Assembly: GCA_965217585.1 (NCBI GenBank)
Contig: OZ244561.1
Location: 1-64,000 of the forward strand
Origin: Candidatus Latescibacterota bacterium
GTDB taxonomy: Bacteria; Latescibacterota; UBA2968; UBA8231
Reading direction: 5' to 3'
DNA length: 64,000 nt
A program made the position numbers and the translations under genes. A model generated the notes under the pieces. It saw only the letters and a list, made by a program, of their open reading frames with translations, had not been told where the DNA came from and ran no database searches. Shown piece after piece: positions 60,063 through 64,000 of this stretch (position 1 is its first letter; each line of letters starts with the position of its first letter).

Positions 60063-60857
60063 TCAGGCCGCTGGATAAAAGCGCAGCGGAGGGACCGCGT
60101 CGATCAGGCCGTGGCGATGAGCCAGTTGGTAGAATAACTGCAAACCGGCCTGAGCGGCCTCGTCCAAATCAAAGCGGATGTGGTGGGTCAGGTAGCGCTC
60201 GTAGAACTCGGGCGAGCCACCGCATTCTCGGCTGTACGCTGCGGCTATGGACGGCACTTGGCACAACCCCTGATCTTTGGCCCACTGCAATTGTTGGACT
60301 TGGACGGGTGTGAGCGCCTGCTGGCGGCCGGCCCAAAAGGCAAAGACAAAAGGCAAATCGGTCATATCAGTCCATTCCCGACCCAAGTCCAAGCTCTCCA
60401 CGTCCCCGTCCAAATGCGGGAAGACCTGATCGCCGATGAGCAGGGCCGCGTCGGCGCACTCTAACATGGCCTCCAGATCGGGTGAAGCCTCTATCAATTG
60501 CGGATCGAGAGCGAATTTTTCGCGCAGGAGAATGGACAACAAAGCCACTGAAGTGCGGGAACTAGTATCCAAGGCTATGCGCTCGACCTGCGGCAACGGA
60601 CGGCGGCAAAAGAGGCGCACCGTCAGCACCGGTCCCTGCGAACCAATGGCTATATCGGGGACGATCCAGTAGGGGCGAGCGCTGCGGGCGTATTCGATCG
60701 CGGGAATGATCCCCACGTCGATGGTGCCATCTGCCAGCTCCCTCGCACAGCGCGAGGGTACCGAATAACTCAGTGCAAAAGGTGCGGGGTCGCGTTCAAG
60801 GGCAAAGACGAGGGGCCGCGTGTTGAGGTACGGGACCGCGCCCAAGCGCGGCTTCAT
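60063..60857 (-). CDS. mqnA: Chorismate dehydratase
   Basis: YLNTRPL, SRTSV.L, LLIGD, DLGREW...LPFVFAFW. Confidence 0.92.
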   Translation of the reverse strand: MKPRLGAVPYLNTRPLVFALERDPAPFALSYSVPSRCARELADGTIDVGIIPAIEYARSARPYWIVPDIAIGSQGPVLTVRLFCRRPLPQVERIALDTSSRTSVALLSILLREKFALDPQLIEASPDLEAMLECADAALLIGDQVFPHLDGDVESLDLGREWTDMTDLPFVFAFWAGRQQALTPVQVQQLQWAKDQGLCQVPSIAAAYSRECGGSPEFYERYLTHHIRFDLDEAAQAGLQLFYQLAHRHGLIDAVPPLRFYPAA

Positions 60858-62002
60858 GAATGGAGGGCCTCTTGCAAAGCGTCGATCCGACAGGGTGAAG
60901 CCACCAGCTCGTAGCGGGTGTTGCGCCGTTGGGGCGCAAAGCCGGCGTCGCGGATTAGCCGTTTCATGGCATCCAAGCTCATCTCGTTGGTGTGGCTGGT
61001 GCCGGCGGCGCTGACGACGTTTTCTTCGAGCATAGTGCTGCCGAAGTCGTTGACTCCGTAGCGCAAGCTAACTTGGGCGATTTTAGGCCCTTGGGTCACC
61101 CACGAGGCCTGCAGGCTGGGAATATTGTCGAGGAAGAGCCGCGCTACCGCCACCGTGCGCAGGTGGTCGTACCCGGTCGCTTTGGCACCATTCCAGCGAG
61201 TCGCGTCCGCGCCCAAGTCCGTGTGATCGGGCTGGAAGTTCCAAGTAATAAAGGCGGTGAAGCCACCGCGTTCGTCCTGGAGTTGCCGCAGACAGTCGAG
61301 GTGCTCTAGGCGATGTTCGACCGTCTCCACATGGCCGTACATCATCGTCGCGGTGGTCGGCATCCCCAGTTTGTGCGCCACGCGATGCACTTCCAGCCAC
61401 TCCTCGGTGCGGTCCTTGCGAAAGCCGATAATGTCGCGCACCTCGTCGTTGAGGATCTCAGCCCCGGCACCCGGTATCGAATCCAGCCCCGCGTCGCGCA
61501 GGCGGTGAATGGTCTCGTCCAGCGGCAGCCGCGACAGGTGCGCGATGTAGATGATTTCCGTGGCCGAAAGACAGTGTAGCTGCACCTGCGGATAGTGGTC
61601 CCTAATCGCCGAGAGCAACTGTTCGTAGTAATCGAGACGCAGTTTGGGATTGAGACCGCCCTGCATCAGGATTTCGCAGGATTTAGGCTCGTCGCCGCCA
61701 AAGGCTACCAACTCGTCGATTTTGGCAAATATCTGCTCGTCGGGCAGGACGTAGCCCTCGCTGGAACCCGGCGGCCGGTAGAAGGCACAAAAATCGCACT
61801 TGACCCAACAAACGTTGGTGTAGTTGATGTTGCGCCCGACGTTGTAGGTGACCACCTGCTCGGGGTGTTTCTGCAGGCGCACCCAATGCGCCAACATCCC
61901 CAGTTCGGCGAGGTTGTGGTGCGCGTACAGGCGGCGGGCATCATCGAGCGCGAGGCGCTCCCCGGCATAGACCTTGTCGGCAATATCGGTGATCACGGGC
62001 AC
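60854..62002 (-). CDS. mqnC: Cyclic dehypoxanthine futalosine synthase (radical SAM)
   Basis: NINYTNVCWVKCDFCAF, MQGG, QASWVTQG, DFGSTMLEENVV. Confidence 0.92.
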   Translation of the reverse strand: MPVITDIADKVYAGERLALDDARRLYAHHNLAELGMLAHWVRLQKHPEQVVTYNVGRNINYTNVCWVKCDFCAFYRPPGSSEGYVLPDEQIFAKIDELVAFGGDEPKSCEILMQGGLNPKLRLDYYEQLLSAIRDHYPQVQLHCLSATEIIYIAHLSRLPLDETIHRLRDAGLDSIPGAGAEILNDEVRDIIGFRKDRTEEWLEVHRVAHKLGMPTTATMMYGHVETVEHRLEHLDCLRQLQDERGGFTAFITWNFQPDHTDLGADATRWNGAKATGYDHLRTVAVARLFLDNIPSLQASWVTQGPKIAQVSLRYGVNDFGSTMLEENVVSAAGTSHTNEMSLDAMKRLIRDAGFAPQRRNTRYELVASPCRIDALQEALHS

Positions 62003-63126
62003 TATCCGGCCGCCGCCAGCAGGGTCGAGGTATCGGCGACGATATTGTAGAGGGAGTCGCGCTCTAGAGGCTGGCGCCCAGCCTCGACGATGCGCTGCAA
62101 GAGTTCGGCCTGCGTCAGCCGCTGCTGGGTGTCGGCAAAGCTCTTACGGGTGATTTCGTAGTCCATGACTGTGCCGTCTATATCGTCGGCCCCGTACCAT
62201 AGCGCGGTCTGCGAAATCTCAATGGTGTTCATAATCCAGAAGGTCTTGACGTGGGGGAAGTTGTCGAGCATCAGCCGCCCCACGGCGATCTCCTTGAGGT
62301 CCAGGCAACCCGTCGGCCCGGATAAGTGCTCCAGTTCGGTGCGTTCGGGATGAAAAGAAAGCGGGATATAGCAGAGGAAGCCGCCGGTCTCGTCTTGGAC
62401 TTCGCGCAGTCGCACGAGGTGATAGACCTTCTCCTCGGTGTTTTCGATGTGGCCGTAGAGCATGGTGGCGTTGGAGGGCAGGCCGGCTCGATGCGCCGTC
62501 TGAGCGATTTCCAGCCATTCCTCAGAGTCCGCCTTAGTCCAGAAAAGATCGCCCTGGACCCGATCGCTGAAGACCTCGGCCCCACCGCCGGGCAGCGACT
62601 CTAGCCCAGCCGCCTTCAAGTCGGCAAAGATCTCCTCCAGCGGCTTTTTGGCGATGCGCTGAATCTGGGCGATCTCGATCATGGTGAAGGCCTTCAGGTG
62701 CGCGGCAGGGCGGGCTTGTTTCATCGCCCGCAAGACGTCGAGATAGTATTGGTAAGGTAGTTTGGGATTGACGCCGCCGACCATGTGGATCTCGGTGATC
62801 GGGGCTTGATCGTACTCGGCGACCCGCGCGGCGACCTGTTCGGGTGCCAACACGTAGCCGCGCTCGTCTTTGGGCTTGACGTAGAAGGAACAGAACTTGC
62901 AGAGCTTGTTGCAGATGTTGGTGTAGTTGATGTGCTGGTTGCGCACGTAGTACGCGGTATCGCCGCTTTTGCGCTCGCGGACGATATTGGCCAGATAGCC
63001 CAAGACAGGCAGTTCATCGCAGGCGTACAGGCGCAGGCCGTCGTCCAAGCTCAAGCGCTGCCCAGCCAGCACTTTGTCGTGGATATCTGCGAGGCCGGCG
63101 CGGCCGATAAGGTCGTCGTAAATCAT
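62002..63126 (-). CDS. mqnE: Aminofutalosine synthase (radical SAM)
   Basis: NYTNICNKLCKFCSF, EIHMVGG, HLKAFT, HVKTFWIM, GADDIDGTV. Confidence 0.92.
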   Translation of the reverse strand: MIYDDLIGRAGLADIHDKVLAGQRLSLDDGLRLYACDELPVLGYLANIVRERKSGDTAYYVRNQHINYTNICNKLCKFCSFYVKPKDERGYVLAPEQVAARVAEYDQAPITEIHMVGGVNPKLPYQYYLDVLRAMKQARPAAHLKAFTMIEIAQIQRIAKKPLEEIFADLKAAGLESLPGGGAEVFSDRVQGDLFWTKADSEEWLEIAQTAHRAGLPSNATMLYGHIENTEEKVYHLVRLREVQDETGGFLCYIPLSFHPERTELEHLSGPTGCLDLKEIAVGRLMLDNFPHVKTFWIMNTIEISQTALWYGADDIDGTVMDYEITRKSFADTQQRLTQAELLQRIVEAGRQPLERDSLYNIVADTSTLLAAAG

Positions 63127-63166
63127 TTATTTCTCCCGCGTTTAGTACATAATACCTATGGGTATC

Positions 63167-63895
63167 TTATTCGTCAACCGACCCTTTGACGCCCTGGTAC
63201 ACCGCGGCAATCCCTAGAGTCATGGGCGTGTAGCGCGTCTGGCTGAAACCGGCCTCGACGAGCAATTCGACAAAGGCCTGCCCCTGGGGAAAGGTCCCTA
63301 CCGAGCGCGGCAGATAGGCGTAGGCCCGGCGCTGGCCGGAAATTAGGCCGCCGATCAGGGGTAGCACTTTGTGGAAGTAGAACAAGTACAATTGCCGAAA
63401 CAGCGGCGCAGTAGGCTCGCAGAAGTCGAGCACCAAGAGCTGACCGCCGGGTTTGAGGACGCGGTAGGCCTCGGCTAAGCCGCTGGGAATGTGCCCAAAG
63501 TTGCGCACCCCAAAGGCCCCGGTCACCAAGTCGAAGGTATTGTCCTGAAACGGTAGTTGCTCGGCGTCGCCGACTAACAACTCCACGCGCGAGGTCAGCC
63601 CCTTAGCCGCCACCTTGGCCGCCCCTAGCCGCAGCATCTCAATGGCCATGTCAATACCGACGACCTGCTGCGGCCCCAAGCGGGCAGCCGCGAGGGCAAA
63701 ATCGCCGGTGCCAGTAGCGAGGTCCAAGACGCGCTGCGGACGCTTATCGCGGGCGCAGTCAAGGGCGCGACGCCGCCAGTACACATCTACACCGCCGCTG
63801 AGAAGGTGGTTGAGCAAGTCGTAGCGCCTAGCAATGGCGTTGAACATGTCTCGGTTGCGCCTCTTGTGTTCGGCGACGTTTTGCTTATTCTCCAT
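63167..63895 (-). CDS. ubiE: Demethylmenaquinone methyltransferase
   Basis: MFNAIARRYDLLNHLLS, LDLATGTGD, AFGVRN, AYAYLPRS. Confidence 0.92.
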   Translation of the reverse strand: MENKQNVAEHKRRNRDMFNAIARRYDLLNHLLSGGVDVYWRRRALDCARDKRPQRVLDLATGTGDFALAAARLGPQQVVGIDMAIEMLRLGAAKVAAKGLTSRVELLVGDAEQLPFQDNTFDLVTGAFGVRNFGHIPSGLAEAYRVLKPGGQLLVLDFCEPTAPLFRQLYLFYFHKVLPLIGGLISGQRRAYAYLPRSVGTFPQGQAFVELLVEAGFSQTRYTPMTLGIAAVYQGVKGSVDE

Positions 63896-63939
63896 GCTGG
63901 AAAAGCTAGTCCTCTTCCTATCACTGTCAACAGAAGCCC

Positions 63940-64000
63940 ATGCCCCAACTTCAGGCCAACATCCTCATCGCCGACCACTCGCTCTTTATCCGCGAAGGGC
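63940..64000 (+). CDS. Start of a probable response-regulator receiver domain (runs off the window)
   Basis: ATG 63940 gives MPQLQANILIADHSLFIREG, resembling the receiver beta1-alpha1 pattern ILIADD...R.GL. Confidence 0.5.
   Translation, partial: MPQLQANILIADHSLFIREG

Noticed and set aside
1-64000. Many long overlapping or antisense ORFs in the ORF track (e.g. 15348..16289, 17800..18582, 24835..25647, 48163..48924)
   Set aside because: Shadow frames of well-supported genes in high-GC DNA, with no motifs
1-64000. tRNA, rRNA or known riboswitch
   Set aside because: No cloverleaf or recognisable conserved RNA motif seen in the intergenic regions by eye; tRNAscan and Infernal were not run

Overview
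GC-rich chromosomal window from a Gram-negative bacterium. An FCB-related candidate lineage such as Latescibacterota is plausible; this is inferred from a FlgD-Ig/T9SS-like C-terminal domain, a short FCB-type sigma-70, SMC and futalosine menaquinone genes. Most of the window is housekeeping: gatC-pyrG-lptC/A-like-lptB-rpoN, smc, pyrE, rfbC/rfbB, tal-gmhA, TolC, DksA, Mrp, RsmF, ubiX, xylonate dehydratase and ubiE-mqnE-mqnC-mqnA-mqnP. Four parts stand out. (1) A ~16 kb minus-strand defence island (43075-59061) between mqnP and rfbB encodes an AlbA/HATPase protein, a ParA, a PLD-SNF2 helicase split by an intact IS (17-bp TIRs, 7-bp TSD), a gene fusing a paralog of the methyltransferase N-terminal domain to a whole sigma-70 factor (one in-frame TAA), an Eco57I-like m6A methyltransferase, a GNAT-PIN-PUA protein, an ASCH protein and a Fic protein. 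(2) An operon encodes a single-chain triple-RidA-like protein, a ComDE-like ThDP decarboxylase and a LarA/DUF362-like protein. (3) A ~215-bp duplication of the rpoN 3' end brackets a truncated cargo gene. (4) A consensus sigma-54 promoter with a palindromic enhancer-like site precedes an orphan ECF sigma. No rRNA, tRNA or convincing CRISPR array was seen. All product calls come from motif recognition by eye, not database searches.
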